Below, piece by piece: positions 22,715-35,925 of a DNA stretch of 64,000 nt (within the stretch, counting starts at the first letter, position 1; every line of letters starts with the position of its first letter). The notes under the pieces are model-generated. The model did no database searches. It was not told the DNA's origin and was given only the letters and a program-made list of their open reading frames with translations. The DNA is taken from assembly GCF_006345805.1 (NCBI RefSeq), contig NC_043010.1:66898001-66962000 (forward strand), in the 5' to 3' direction. The DNA is from Octopus sinensis (taxonomy: Eukaryota). Made by a program: the position numbers and the translations under genes.

Positions 22715-24060
22715 TTGATAATAATAATAATAATAGTAATAGTAATAATAACAACATCGAAAAATACCTTCATTTTACAGAAGGCTAAACTATAAATTTC
22801 ACAGGGTACAACCTTAAAGTTGACACCACTCCGCTAAACGCTATTGGCTATAAATACACAGTTGTTTTCGATTTTTAAACTTCTGTAACTTTTGCTTCCA
22901 ATTTTTTTCTCCACATCATGCCTTCATAGCAATTAGACTGGAAAACTTTATTATTACAGCCGATTTTCAGATTTTTTACTCTTTTAAAAAAAATGTATAT
23001 TTGCGAATGAAAAAAACTAGATCCCATTAAAATTGTTAGCACATTAAATTAGCCGCATTTGATATATTTTCAGTGTCATTAATTATAACAATACATTTAT
23101 CATAACTCTAATATATCCTTTAATCGTAACTTTTGATATTTTTGATAAAAATGAGTATTGTATGGATATACCATTTTCATAACTGTATACCTACTTTTGC
23201 ACCACTTTGTATATATAAACCAGTAAGGCATTCCAAATGGTTTAATAATAACGTTTCTTTTTCAACTGTTTTCACCACATTTTGGTAAGAAACACTGAAT
23301 CATTTACTAGAACTGTATATACGACACCAAAATGTCACCGTGCCTTGAATAAATAAAATAATAGCTGCTCATACAGCTACTGGGCACAACAGTCCTAAAT
23401 TCAGGCGCGACTTTCACTATACAGAACTATGGTTTTGACATAAACAACTGGATTAAAACTTTGATGTGAACTTCCAGCGCGGTTGTCCCATGACCTTAAT
23501 GCAGAGATGTATCAGAAAACTGACCAAAAATTCCCTTACCGACAACTTTAACACGAAATAACTTCTAAAATACAAAGTTTTGTCAAAATATTGAAAGTAA
23601 ACCGTGTTCAACGTGAGAAATTACACCAGTATACGAAGTTTCATACTGTTTAGTTAAAAAAAAAAAAAAAAAAAATCTGTGATCGAAACTGAAGAGATCC
23701 AATAACATTTAAAATAAGATCAATCTCCACGGATGTAAATTCTCAATCAAACTGGTGGCGCTGAATCCTTCAAATCGATATCAAATGTACTTTTACTTTT
23801 TTTCTTATGGTAAAATCGTTTTACATGGTTTGTTGGTCTTGGAGAAAAAATACCAGCAATACCATCATATCATCATCATCAACACTACACATCATACAAT
23901 AAACAACATTTGTAACCAATTATTTTTAAGCCCAACATTTCATCTCTTCTATTCAGTGATCGTGGTTCTTCGGTTACGATATAAAATTTCTTCAATAAAG
24001 TGAACGTATATAATTTTACCCCACTGGTCTAAAGTGAAGCGGTATCCAGTATATTCCACT

Positions 24061-24252
24061 TTATATAAGCGTTTCAATTCCATTGTTTTTCGATTTCCAG
24101 ATGTACTGTGATAGAGAGGAGCTGTTGATTTTGTCTATGAATCTGATGTAGTATGTGTACAAGTCGAATCTGCTCTCAAACGCTTGCTCTGTGAATCTTG
24201 TATGTTTTTTCTGGATACTGCAGTGAAGTTTTGTAATGGCTTTATATATCAC
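24061..24252 (-). pseudogene. Degenerate PLE GIY-YIG remnant
   Basis: IYKA...TEQAFESRF...NSSSLSQYIWK pattern typical of PLE endonucleases. Confidence 0.55.
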
Positions 24253-24349
24253 CGTCTAAAGAAAATATCGTTCATTTAGTCGGCTGTTACACGCGTATCT
24301 GCAATCACAAGTTGAATGTTGGAGTCTGGGATAGAAGTTTAAGGACTGA

Positions 24350-24582
24350 AAGGCGGCGAGCTGGCAGAATCGTTAGCACGTCGGGCGAAATGCTTAGCGG
24401 TATTTCGTCTGCTGCTACGTTCTGAATTCAAATTCCGCCGATGTCGACTTTGCCTTTCATCCTTTTGGGGTCGATTAAATAAGTACCAGTTACACACCGG
24501 GGTCAATATAATCGACTTAATCCCTTTGTCTGTCCTTGTTTGTCCCCTCTATGTTTAGCCCCTTGTGGGCAATAAAGAAATA
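24350..24582 (+). mobile_element. SINE family A monomer
   Basis: Full head plus A1 body. Confidence 0.9.
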
Positions 24583-24862
24583 AGAAGTTTAAGGACTGAC
24601 TAGTTGTATGTTTTCGATTATATCATGTAATTTTGTCCGAGTGATTTTGAGTCAATATTGTGTTAAGTAGCAATAGCTAGCTTTACGGCTGTTTGGGTTG
24701 AATGTTACGTGTTACTAGGTCAAACAACAATAACAACAGCACAAACATATGAACAACCACTACAACAATAAAAACAACAGAATGTTTATCATGTCAAATC
24801 TCCTCACCTCAATGAAATAATTTCAAGTCTTAATATTTACAATTCACAATTCTTTGTTACAG

Positions 24863-25025
24863 AGTTCCACCGCCAAGAAAGAAACTACTGTATCAGTTTC
24901 TGTTATTGATTTTGCTCTGTCTTATGCTTGCTCTTATACTCTCCAAATATACGACATTGTTCCATAGCGACCAGCCTCATAAAGAAATGTATTGCTTCCC
25001 GCAAGAATATATAATATTTATTAAG
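24863..25025 (+). CDS. Galactose-3-O-sulfotransferase-family gene: signal-anchor/stem exon
   Basis: TTACAG acceptor; encodes PPPRKK-LLYQFLLLILLCLMLALILS (type II TM)...YCFPQEYIIFIK. The GT donor at 25026 joins in phase 0 to VHKAGSTT. The start codon must be in an unidentified upstream exon. Confidence 0.85.
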
Positions 25026-25904
25026 GTTTGTATTAAAAAAAACCATCTAGCCTTACTTTCCGTAGCCAACATGCACTCACACAGCTAAATAATATTTTAC
25101 TTAACCTAGTCAGCCCTTTACACTCATTCAACCAATTTTCCGATAATGCTACATTCAGTAAAGTTTCGGAGTATTGCATTAAAGTCTTATTCTCTGGAAA
25201 AACAAAAAGATATATAAAATAATGAAATCTACAAACTTATATTCGAAACTAAACGAAGGGTATAATCTGCTTTTGCCCACATTTTTATAGAAACAAGATT
25301 TCCATATCTGTAGCTAAAATACATTTTAAAATCCTTCAAAAAACACTTCATTACAAAATATTTCAATTAGAATTCTATAAAAGTTTCTTATTCAACTACA
25401 AAATTTAATTTTCATAATTTCTATCAAGTAAGAATCAAACTTGCATCAGCCTACGTCCAGCATATTACTACACAATTGTAAATGCATCTCCGATTGTATT
25501 GTTTACTACTCAACTTTAAACAAATTCATATGCATATTTAACTGCTAATTCTTTTGAGACAACGTATATACAACACAAACACACTTTCTGAAACCAACTT
25601 AGACGTACCGAAACCATCTCGTCCGATTATATGCTTTTGTTTTTTTTTTAAATAAGGAAGTAAACTATAGCTTTAATGAAAATTAATTTGCTTCCTATAC
25701 CATACAAAAATTAAAACACGCTCTCTTCGCTTTGAACATTCGAGTTATATATGAGATATTGTTCTCAAATTTTCCCCTCTTCAATAGAAACCTTGAAATA
25801 AACTTTCGTTGTTTACATAGATTCCCATGAATGCTAAAACATTTAAAAGCTTTTATAAAATAATCACCTGGTGATGCGGTTATGTCCTTAAATAAGACTT
25901 TTAT

Positions 25905-26115
25905 TTTACGTTGCTCCAGTCCACTCAGCAATGACTTATACTTTGCAATTCAAAGGGTTAGCCTTGTCACATTCTGTGTCAGGTGGAATCTCCTTGAGAA
26001 CTATGTTAAGGGCACGCGTGTCTGTGGATTGCTCAGCCACTTGTATGTTAATTTGACGAGCAGGCTGTTCCGTTGATCGGATCAATTGAAACAATAGTGG
26101 TCGTAACCGACGGAG
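25905..26115 (+). mobile_element. SINE family C, 5'-truncated
   Basis: Matches 17610-17830. Confidence 0.8.
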
Positions 26116-26219
26116 TTTCAGTTTTATGTTTAAAGTAACAAAAAATATAAATTGCCTCTGCAAGTCTTATTTCTTCCTTTGAAAATAATGTTTTATATAT
26201 ATATATATATATAATATAT

Positions 26220-26251
<32 letters not shown>

Positions 26252-26286
26252 ATATATTATATATATATATATATATATATACATAC

Positions 26287-26444
26287 ATACATATGTGAGG
26301 GATGACCACTATGTGGATAACCCTTATGCTAGAAGTAGATCCGCTATGGTCTTACCACTAAGAAATTTCTTAGTGGTAAGACCATAGTGGATCTATTTCT
26401 AGCATAAAGGTTGTCCACATAGTGGTCATCCCTCTCATGTGTAT
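26287..26444. mobile_element. 158-bp spacerless palindrome (hairpin MITE) in the sulfotransferase intron
   Basis: Symmetry centre 26365/26366 (AAGAAA|TTTCTT); 79-bp arms with few mismatches. Confidence 0.85.
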
Positions 26445-26768
26445 ATAATACAATTTACTGAACTTTCAGATTTTAATATGCTACCCCACTGGTGTTAAAT
26501 TGATGTTAATTAAATTAATATCCAATTTCTCACCTCATTTGATATATATATATTATATATATATATATATATAAGTATACATTTATATAATAGGGAGTAA
26601 AATGGCAAAGAACCTTATTCGGCAGAGAGTTTATCTTAAATTATTTTACAGGCTTATTAAACAGGGCGTACGGCTTACATGAATTATATTTCAATGAATT
26701 TATTTAGTAAACGAATATTCTTCTATATTTAGTTGCTTTTATTGTACAACAAAAATTCTATTTTATAG

Positions 26769-27986
26769 GTCCATAAGGCTGGAAGTACAACAGTGATGAA
26801 GATTCTCCAAAATTTTGGATTAAAGCGGAAGTTGAACTTTATACTACCCAAAAAGCAAAACTATTTAAGCCATGAAAAATGGTCCTATCCATCTTACAAT
26901 CAGACATTCAATTCTCAAATTCTAATGCCACCAAACAACGAAGCAGTTCATATTCTGTGCAACCACGTTGTGTATAGTAATAAAGTTTTTAATGCAATAT
27001 TGTCTGGCCGCCATCTTGCCAAAAAACAAACTACTCCCTTTCGAAAAATTATAGACGGTGGCTATAGAGACTCGGATATTTTACGACGACTGAGTGCACA
27101 TATGTATGACTTCAATCCGTTTCAGAAGGACAGCACAGAAGACTACAGTAATGACAAGAGCTCATGCGATCAGAATTTCGATAAAGCAAGAAAATACAAG
27201 AAATTGCTTCACAAAAGTAAAAGCAATTTGTCGGAAAGAAAAGATTATTTTTATTTTACGATGCTACGAGAACCCCTTCAGCAAGTCCTTTCAGCCGTTT
27301 TTTATTACCACATATTCCCCAAAGTAGATTACAATAAATTAATGGAAAAGATACTGAGCAACCCAACACCTTACAGTCAAAACCGAATGTCGTTCGACCT
27401 TGGTTTAGACAGCAAAGATTTCTACAACGTAACGAGCATCGATCAGTTTATCGCTAACATTGATCGCGATTTTGATTTGATTTTGTTGATGGAATATTTC
27501 GACGAATCTATGATTCTTTTACGTCGCTGGTTATGCTGGGACATGTCAGATATAATATATATAAAGAAAAACGCTGGCCATAGGAAAACATTTGTTACAA
27601 TCAATTATGAGCAGCGACAGCTTTTCCGGTATAATTATTCGCTTGCAGACAGCAGACTCTATGAATACTTTTACGAGAAATTCTGGTGTAAAGTTATGGA
27701 AGAAGGACCTAACTTTTGGGATGAAGTTCTTCACTTCAAATCAATTCAAAAAATGATCAGTAACTATTGTCATGCTTTGCCTCCCAATGTTATAAAGCAG
27801 GCTTGTCATATTTCGACAAGTGCCAGCAAGGGTTTAGATGATGTTGAAATATTGAAAGTTCCTAGTTCGAAATGGAATTCTCATTTTATCGTCAATGCTA
27901 CCACTTGCGCGTGCATGGTAGAAAATGAGTTGCCTATGATCAGACACATTCGTAAATGGGAATATGGTTTTTCTGAAGCTCAATGA
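26769..27986 (+). CDS. Galactose-3-O-sulfotransferase-family gene: catalytic terminal exon
   Basis: TTTTATAG acceptor; K|VHKAGSTT (5'-PSB), MLREPLQQVLS (3'-PB), FDLILLMEYFDESMILLRRWLCW, NLADxxLY-like motif; stop at 27984-27986. Confidence 0.92.
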   Translation, partial: VHKAGSTTVMKILQNFGLKRKLNFILPKKQNYLSHEKWSYPSYNQTFNSQILMPPNNEAVHILCNHVVYSNKVFNAILSGRHLAKKQTTPFRKIIDGGYRDSDILRRLSAHMYDFNPFQKDSTEDYSNDKSSCDQNFDKARKYKKLLHKSKSNLSERKDYFYFTMLREPLQQVLSAVFYYHIFPKVDYNKLMEKILSNPTPYSQNRMSFDLGLDSKDFYNVTSIDQFIANIDRDFDLILLMEYFDESMILLRRWLCWDMSDIIYIKKNAGHRKTFVTINYEQRQLFRYNYSLADSRLYEYFYEKFWCKVMEEGPNFWDEVLHFKSIQKMISNYCHALPPNVIKQACHISTSASKGLDDVEILKVPSSKWNSHFIVNATTCACMVENELPMIRHIRKWEYGFSEAQ

Positions 27987-28314
27987 ACTCGCTGGCATTA
28001 CATTCGTGAACACTGGCAAACAAATACATGCATACACAAACGCGTACAGACAAGTATATAAATCATATAAAAAAAATATTGTGAGATAGAGCGACAGAGA
28101 ATGAGAAAGGGGGAGAGAGAAAGAAAGGGTGAAAGAAATAGGGAAAGAATATATTTTCGAAAGCCTTTCTTCTGTGTTTCTCCCTCTGACAATTATTCTT
28201 TCAAGTTAGGAAGAAACCAAAAGTCAAATATTACATCATGTGACCACTCACCGTTTCTGATTATCAGCCATTCGTACACTAACACTCATATATACACGCG
28301 CATACACGTTATTA

Positions 28315-28509
<195 letters not shown>

Positions 28510-28518
<9 letters not shown>

Positions 28519-29785
28519 ATACTGTGTAGGACAGTAGACAAAGATAGCATAGGATGTCCACAATTCCACATAGTCAGCTACACGGATCACAAACTTGTGA
28601 CATGTAAGCTAGACTTAGGTAAGACACTTAGGCAGGGTCCCGGATACTGGAAACTAAACGCGTCTTTCCCATCGAGACAGGTTTTCAGAGACCGGATTAG
28701 CACACTAGTAAAGAGGGCTTTGACGGGAGCCATCATCAACAACAAATGGTGGTTTGCCCTCAAGAGAGCAGTAAAAGCAGAAGCGATTAGGTACAGCAAA
28801 GCACTAGCCATAGATAGAAATAGAGTTGAGGGTGAGCTAGTTAAGAAGCTAGAAGAGGCAATTAGAAGCGGCATCGCATCCGACGTTTTGGCGGCGAGGT
28901 TGGCCCTCGACCAACACTTCAACGCCAAACACGAAGGATGTGCTGTCAGAGCTAGGATGCGTGCTCTAAGGAACGAAGGTGTTGAAGCTGCGAGAGAGGC
29001 CCGGGTGGCAGAGGCGCAACAGGGCAACAAAGCCACCATTCGGTCCCTGGTAGATGAACAGGGGCGCGAATTGCTCGAGCCAAGTAAAATGTGTGAGGCC
29101 TTTCAGCAGCATTTTGCCCGACTGTTCGGGACGAGTGGAGGGCAAGAACGTAGGGTGGACTTCAGTGCCTACCTACATAGCCTACCACGACTCTCGACAA
29201 GAAAGGCAGGGTGCTGCGAAGGTGCCATCACGGCGGCGGAAGTGCAGGACGCGATGGCAGAATGCTCGAGGGACAAATCACCGGGTTTGGATGGTCTGCC
29301 CTACGAGCTTTACAATTGTATGCCAGACTTGTTTGGAGATCTCTTGGCGGCGGTGTACTGCAACTGGCAGCAAAACGGGAGCATTCCTGGTTTTGTGAGC
29401 CGAGGAGCCGTAACACTGCTAAAGAAAGATCTAAACAAGGGAAATGTAATAGATAACTTTAGGCCCATCACTCTGCTTAATGCAGACTTGAAAATTTTGG
29501 CCAAGGTGCTAGCCAAGAGGTTGGCGCTTGTCATCGAGAAACTGGTCGACAAGGCGCAAACATGCGCCGTGCCGGGCCGGACCATCCATGACAACCTCCA
29601 CCTGATGCGCTACATCATAGACAGGGTAGTTAACGAACCTGGCATGGGTGCGGCGCTAATCAATTTGGATCAATCGAAAGCTTTCGATAGGGTAGACCAT
29701 CGATACTTGGAGGCGGTCCTCAGAGCGGCAGGCTTCGGTCCCGTCTTCCGCGACTGGATAGCCGCTGTGTGGCCAATAAAGAAAC
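28510..29785 (+). pseudogene. Tx1/L1-clade LINE copy 1 (ORF2 fragment fused to the last ~20 nt of the element)
   Basis: ~90% similar by eye to 41155-42330; GPGYWKLN, KSPGLDGLP, NFRPITLLN, DQSKAFDRVDH; ends AATAAAGAAAC then (TATC)n. Confidence 0.93.
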
Positions 29786-29854
29786 TTATCTATCTATCTA
29801 TCTATCTTTCTATCTGTCTGTCTGTCTATCTATCAGTCTGTCTGTCTGTCTATA

Positions 29855-30063
<209 letters not shown>

Positions 30064-30112
30064 TTATCTATCTATCTATCTATCTTCTATCTGTCTGTCT
30101 GTCTATCTATCA

Positions 30113-30192
<80 letters not shown>

Positions 30193-30241
30193 ATCTGTCT
30201 GTCTGTCTATCTATCAGTCTGTCTGTCTGTCTATATATCTG

Positions 30242-30323
<82 letters not shown>

Positions 30324-30889
30324 AAATATACACAGGCAAATTTTTCTTCCTCCATCTTTCTTAATTCCCTTTTCTCCCCTACTTCTTTCAGTGTTTTCTA
30401 TCTCTCTCTCTCTCTCTCTCCTCCTCTTTCACTTTTTCTCTCTCTCGTTGCTCACACGTAACCATCGTCCATCTTTTCTTTCCTCACATGACCATCTTTC
30501 TTTCTCTCCCTTCTATCTTTTCCCTTTTCAAAGAAAATATTTCTCCCAGCGTTCACTATTTTCCTCTCGTTCAGGTCAAACGACCCACCATATTTGTTTT
30601 CGGTCGGTTTCCTTGTATGTCTCCACTGTTCTGTTTTTGTTCCCAACTTTGACTCTTCATAAATCCTAAATTTTATTTTAGAATTTATGGGAGCAACTGT
30701 CTTTGAAGACTCATACTGTCGTTGAATGCTCGAAATGAGGAGTAGATAGACAACTGACAAAGGGTCCTTTCTTTGTGTTTACTTGTCCTGTTTTCCATTT
30801 TTTCTCTCGTTCTTTACCTATTTAACTCCTTTGTCTATGTGTTACATGTTGTTGACATCTTGTACCCATATATGCATATATATGCTATT

Positions 30890-31763
30890 TATTATTATTA
30901 TTATTATTATTCTATGTTTGACTTTTGCTTTATGTCTGTACAAGTTGGCTCCAAGTCTCACCCAGAGACCTCAAGAGACAACAGGTTGGAAGTTCTGTGC
31001 CATATATTTTTTTTTTGGTGTTGTACTAGTGAATGTCTAATACATAAAAAAAAAAAAAAAAAATAAGAATTAAAAAAAATTTTGTTTTAAACCTTGGGAT
31101 TACATAGAGAGTATTTTGCGTAGGATATGAGCAGTTCCCATGAGCACTATCTTTTGAATTTCTGCCATTTTGGGGTTTCCTGGTATCTGAGTTAGGTAGC
31201 AATCAGTCTCTTTCGCTATCATTCCCAGGGCACCTATGACAACAGGTATTGTTTTAGTCTTCAGCTTCCACATTTTGCTGATTTCTATTTCAAGATCTTT
31301 ATATTTGCTCAGTTTTTGGTAGGTCTTGACAGATACGTTTATATCGATTGGGACAGTCATATCAATGAGGAGGCATGTTCTTTGTCTGAAGTCTTTCAAT
31401 ATGATGTCTGGCCTATTTGCATCTATCTTCCTGTCAGTTTGAATGGTGAAGTTCTAGAGGAGTGAGATGTGGTCATTTTCAAGCACTGGAGGTGGATTGT
31501 GTTCCCACCAGTTTTTTTCATGGGGCAAATCCAGGTTTTTGCAAATTACCCAGTGAATATATTGTGCAGCTCTATCATGCCTATTGAGGTACTCTGTAGG
31601 CGCTAGAAGACTGCATTTGGAGACAACATGATCAGTGGTTTCATTTTGTTGTCGGCATACACGACATGTTGGGCTACTGCCGTTCTTTAATATGTTGGCC
31701 TGGTAGTTTCTTGTTGGTAGGCATTGATCTTGAGCTGCTATGATAAACCCCTCTGTTTCAGAT
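30890..31763 (-). pseudogene. 5'-truncated R4/Dong-clade non-LTR retrotransposon (CCHC knuckle plus restriction-like endonuclease)
   Basis: ETEGFIIAAQDQ, CRVC...ETTDHVVSKC, RHD, RPD...LIDMTVP, KYKDL, IGALG; (AAT)n downstream on the minus strand. Confidence 0.9.
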
Positions 31764-32842
31764 TTTATGTATATATTCGTACGCATATGTAAGTGTGAAT
31801 GTGTGGAGATATTCTAACTCATAGGATGCAACGAAGTATAAAAGATTTCTGTAAACGTCAGACCTGTATATAAACACACGCTGTCGAAGGCTTCGAGGTG
31901 TTATTTGATGGAAATTTAATTTGCGCGTCGAGTGGAGCAATGCATGGGTTTCCTTGTTAGCTTATGAGCCGTTGGCTAAGAATGTTATTATCCGTGACTG
32001 AAATATGAAGATTCTTTGTCCGAGTTAATTCTAGAACGATGGACACATCAAGAAATATGACAACTGATGTTAAATCCATCAAAACGTTGTGTGTAGAGAA
32101 AAATATTATAAATATGCGGGTCTAAACATAAGGCCAAGAGACCAGAAAAATTAAAAGATAATAACAACAAGTCTTTTGAATTATTTGAATATTTAATTAA
32201 CAAAGAAATTGTTTTGATGTTTATAAATCATTTATAAATTCTGAATGTGATTTCTACATGCGGTAATTATCTTATTAAATGATACTTACTTTTATAATTG
32301 CTTTTATAATTCCTCTGTTGTTGACTACGTGTCAACATAATGTATGAATCGAAAAATATTAGTTAATTAAAATTATCATTGAAGGGAGGAGAAGGGAAAC
32401 ATAGGTTCATTGGCTTAAAATCAATCAAATCTGATCAAGGCAATTAAATCAATTAACTAATTAAAGTTGGTATTACGAGTGTAGGGACGAAATAATTGTT
32501 TCTAATTTAGGCACAAGGCAAGCAATGTTGCAGAAAGGGGCTTGTAGATACAATTACCCCCACCAGTACTCGACCACTATTTTATTTTATAAACTTCAAT
32601 ATGAACAACGAAAATATGAAAGGCCAAGCTGACTGCAACGGGATTTGAACTCAAAACATAAACTACCTGAAATACTATGCGGCAGTTTGCCCGAAGAACA
32701 AACGATTCCTCCATTCGAAGATTGGCAATTTCGGACTGTTTTCGATCTTATTATAGCCTGCCATTACCACCTTGATGAAATACTTTCCCAGTCCGTGCCA
32801 GATCTAATGATATAAGATGGCTGTATATATGTATAATTAAAG

Positions 32843-33162
32843 ACTCCGCCGGTTACGACGACGAGGGTCCCAGCTGATACGATCAACGGAACAGCTTGCT
32901 CGTGAAATTAACGTGCAAATGGCTGAGCATTCCACAGACACGTGTACCCTTAACGTAGTTCTCGGGGATAATCAGCGTGACACAGAGAGTGACAAGGCTG
33001 ACCCTTTGAAATACAAGTACAACTCATTTTTGCCAGCTGAGTGGACTGGAGCAACGTGAAATAAAGTGTCTTGCTCAAGGACACAACGCGTCGCCGGGAA
33101 TCGAACTCACAACCTTACGATCATGAGCCGAATGCCCTAACCACTAAGCCACGCGCCCTCAC
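32843..33162 (-). mobile_element. SINE family C, full length
   Basis: Reverse complement of 17510-17832. Confidence 0.9.
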
Positions 33163-33429
33163 ATATGTATAATAAATATATATGGGATGGCGTGTTACTT
33201 TACCATAACGCTTTCGTATAGTTTATGCAGACTGTATCTCAAGAGTAATTCGTTTGCTCATAAATATCTTTGTAGCTTGGATTGCTTTAATTTACAGCGA
33301 TTAGCTAAGAGCATGAACCATTAAAGGAACATTAAATAACATTAAGTTGGAGATAATACACATCAATGATTGTTAGATATATATGTCTGAATTTATCTTT
33401 TACTTGCCTTAATCATTAGACTGCGGACA

Positions 33430-33795
33430 TGTTGTGGCAACGCTTCGAAATGATACAGGGATTGATAAAAGAATGTTGTGTAAAGAACAGTGTTTTGGAA
33501 CACATAACGTTATTTGATGCTGTTGTGGCAACGCTTCGAAATGATACAGGGATTGATAAAAGAATGTTGTGTAAAGAACAGTGTTTTGAACACATAACGT
33601 TATTTGATGCTGTTGTGGCAACGCTTCGAAATGATACAGGGATTGATAAAAGAATGTTGTGTAAAGAACAGTGTTTTGGAACACATAACGTTATTTGATG
33701 CTGTTGTGGCAACGCTTCGAAATGATACAGAGATTGATAAAAGAATGTTGTGTAAAGAACAGTGTTTTGGAACACATAACGTTATTTGATGCTGT
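33430..33795. repeat. Minisatellite, 4 x 90-91 bp
   Basis: Units start at 33430, 33521, 33611 and 33702 and are near-identical. Confidence 0.97.
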
Positions 33796-34090
33796 CTCTC
33801 CCTCTCACGCTTAGTAACGACACATGGAACTTCAGGATATTTTCATTTGAAAATCCGAAAATTGTTAATTGTCTCTCCATTCTCTACTCCTGTTTATACA
33901 ATGTAAAGCGTGATAGGAGAAATCAACCAACCAGCATAGCGTGAAATTGCAAGGATCTTTTGAACGATAACTTACAAGGAACGAGCAACATGTGTGAATT
34001 TTCTCTTTGTGTTTCTGCTTAAATTTTGGAACTTATATACATACATACATAACATACATACATACATACATACATAACATACATACATAC

Positions 34091-34197
<107 letters not shown>

Positions 34198-34436
34198 TGC
34201 ATCACCCACTTCACAAACTAAACGAAAATCTTAAGTACGTTAGCCGCAACTCAAATCACCCAAGATGTATTATAACTCTATAGGAAAGGGTTAAATCCTT
34301 AAATCCTTAAAAATGTTTTAGCCCGAAGGCCGCGGCCATACTGTTAAAAAGATTTATAATAAATAATTGTATATAAGCATAACCCATTATTTGTGTCTAC
34401 ACACACATACATATATATATATGTCTATGTCTCTCT

Positions 34437-34525
<89 letters not shown>

Positions 34526-34739
34526 TAAGTGTGTGTGTATATAAATATATATGCACTAGCAAATGGACAAACGAAAGTAAATGAAACACAATACATTTGG
34601 TAGGCACAAGATGTATTCTTAAATAACAGTTTGTCTCAGATTCATGTGATTTAAAATTTCGTGAGATCGTTGGACGATCCCATCTCTAGATATCTGACGA
34701 GAAGGGTCAAACTGTCATATATACACATATACATCTTGC

Positions 34740-34960
34740 AATAGATTTAGGCTTCAAAAGCCCACAGCTCTTCAATACCCTGCCACAAGAATTCAGAAAC
34801 CTACCCAATATGGACGTGAATGTCTTCAAAAAGAAACTAGACATTCTCCTCTCCACAATACTGGATGAACCAACAGCCCGGCATGAAGTACATATGAGGG
34901 CAGCGGTGTCAAACTCCCTCAAAAACCAAATGGGCCTACAACCAGGGCAAAAGCACATAC
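34740..34960 (+). pseudogene. CR1-like LINE 3' remnant
   Basis: PQLFNTLPQEFRNL...FKKKLDILLSTILDEP...RAAVSNSL. Confidence 0.75.
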
Positions 34961-35293
34961 AGGATTGGTGATACGAAATTCCATCATCCTGACGAAATCA
35001 GCCAAACAAGAAATTCAAAATTTCGATGGTACCTCTAGCATGACCGCAGCCGAATGATTATAACGAATAAAAGAACATGTTATTCTAGTTCAACGTTATG
35101 TTATTCAAGTTCACTGGAAATTTCATGCACAAAACGTGATACAAAGGTAAAGTTTTGCGTAAGTTCTGGAGCTTTCTCCCTACACTCGTTTTAACCTATG
35201 AGGGGTATTTACAAGGGACTGGCACCAGTTTACTGTCCATAGAGTATTTTATTGTTTGGAAATTCTTCTTGTTTTCTGCCTGGGTTTCCATAA

Positions 35294-35461
35294 TCAAACG
35301 GCTGCCGTTTCAGGACTGTTGGTTGTGCTAGGTTTCCTTAGTATCATCTTTAAATATGGACGCTTGTGACTGCAAAACGCCTTTCTTATAAGAAACACAG
35401 CTGCCTGGTGACTGACACAGCGAATATCTTCATCTTCAATCGAAATTAATGTCATACCAGG
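35294..35461 (-). CDS. Whirlin/PDZD7-like gene exon 10 (terminal; PDZ C-terminal half)
   Basis: TTTTTGCAG acceptor; PGMTLISIEDEDIRCVSHQAAVFLIRKAF...LKMILRKP...TAAV*; resembles the end of whirlin/PDZD7 PDZ3. Confidence 0.85.
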   Translation of the reverse strand, partial: PGMTLISIEDEDIRCVSHQAAVFLIRKAFCSHKRPYLKMILRKPSTTNSPETAAV

Positions 35462-35529
35462 CTGCAAAAACACAAGAATACGTAGATATACATGAAATAT
35501 GTTCAAAAGTGAGTACATGAGACAATATT

Positions 35530-35925
35530 CTTTTCTACTCTAGGTAAAAGGCCCGAAATTTTTGGGGAGAGGGCCAGCCAATTAGATCGACCCAGTACGC
35601 AACTGGTTTTTAATTTATCGACCCCGAAAAGGCGAAAGGCAAAGTCGACCTCGGCGGAATTTGAACTCAGAACGTAACGGCAGACAAAATACTAATTTCT
35701 TTACTACCCACAAGGAGCTAAACACAGAGAGGATAAATAAGGACAAACAAACGGATTGAGTCGATTATATCAACCCCAGTGAGTAACTGGTACTTAATTT
35801 ATCGACCCCGAAAGGATGAAAGGCAAAGTCGACCTCGGCGGAATTTGAACTCAAAACATAAAGACAGACGAAATATCGCTAAGCATTTCGTCCGGCGTGT
35901 TAACGTTTCTCTCAGCTCGCCGCGC
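35530..35925 (-). mobile_element. SINE family A dimer (head, A1, A2)
   Basis: Same order as the other multimers. Confidence 0.85.

Noticed and set aside
23340-23560. Possible plus-strand exon linking 5102 to the sulfotransferase
   Set aside because: All phase-2-compatible acceptors run into stops.
33430-33795. CRISPR-like regular array
   Set aside because: Units are wholly repeated with no unique spacers, the context is eukaryotic, and there are no cas genes.
34685-35010. CTGACGA motifs (34694, 34989) as hammerhead cores
   Set aside because: No stem II closing onto GAAA and no stem I/III pairing.
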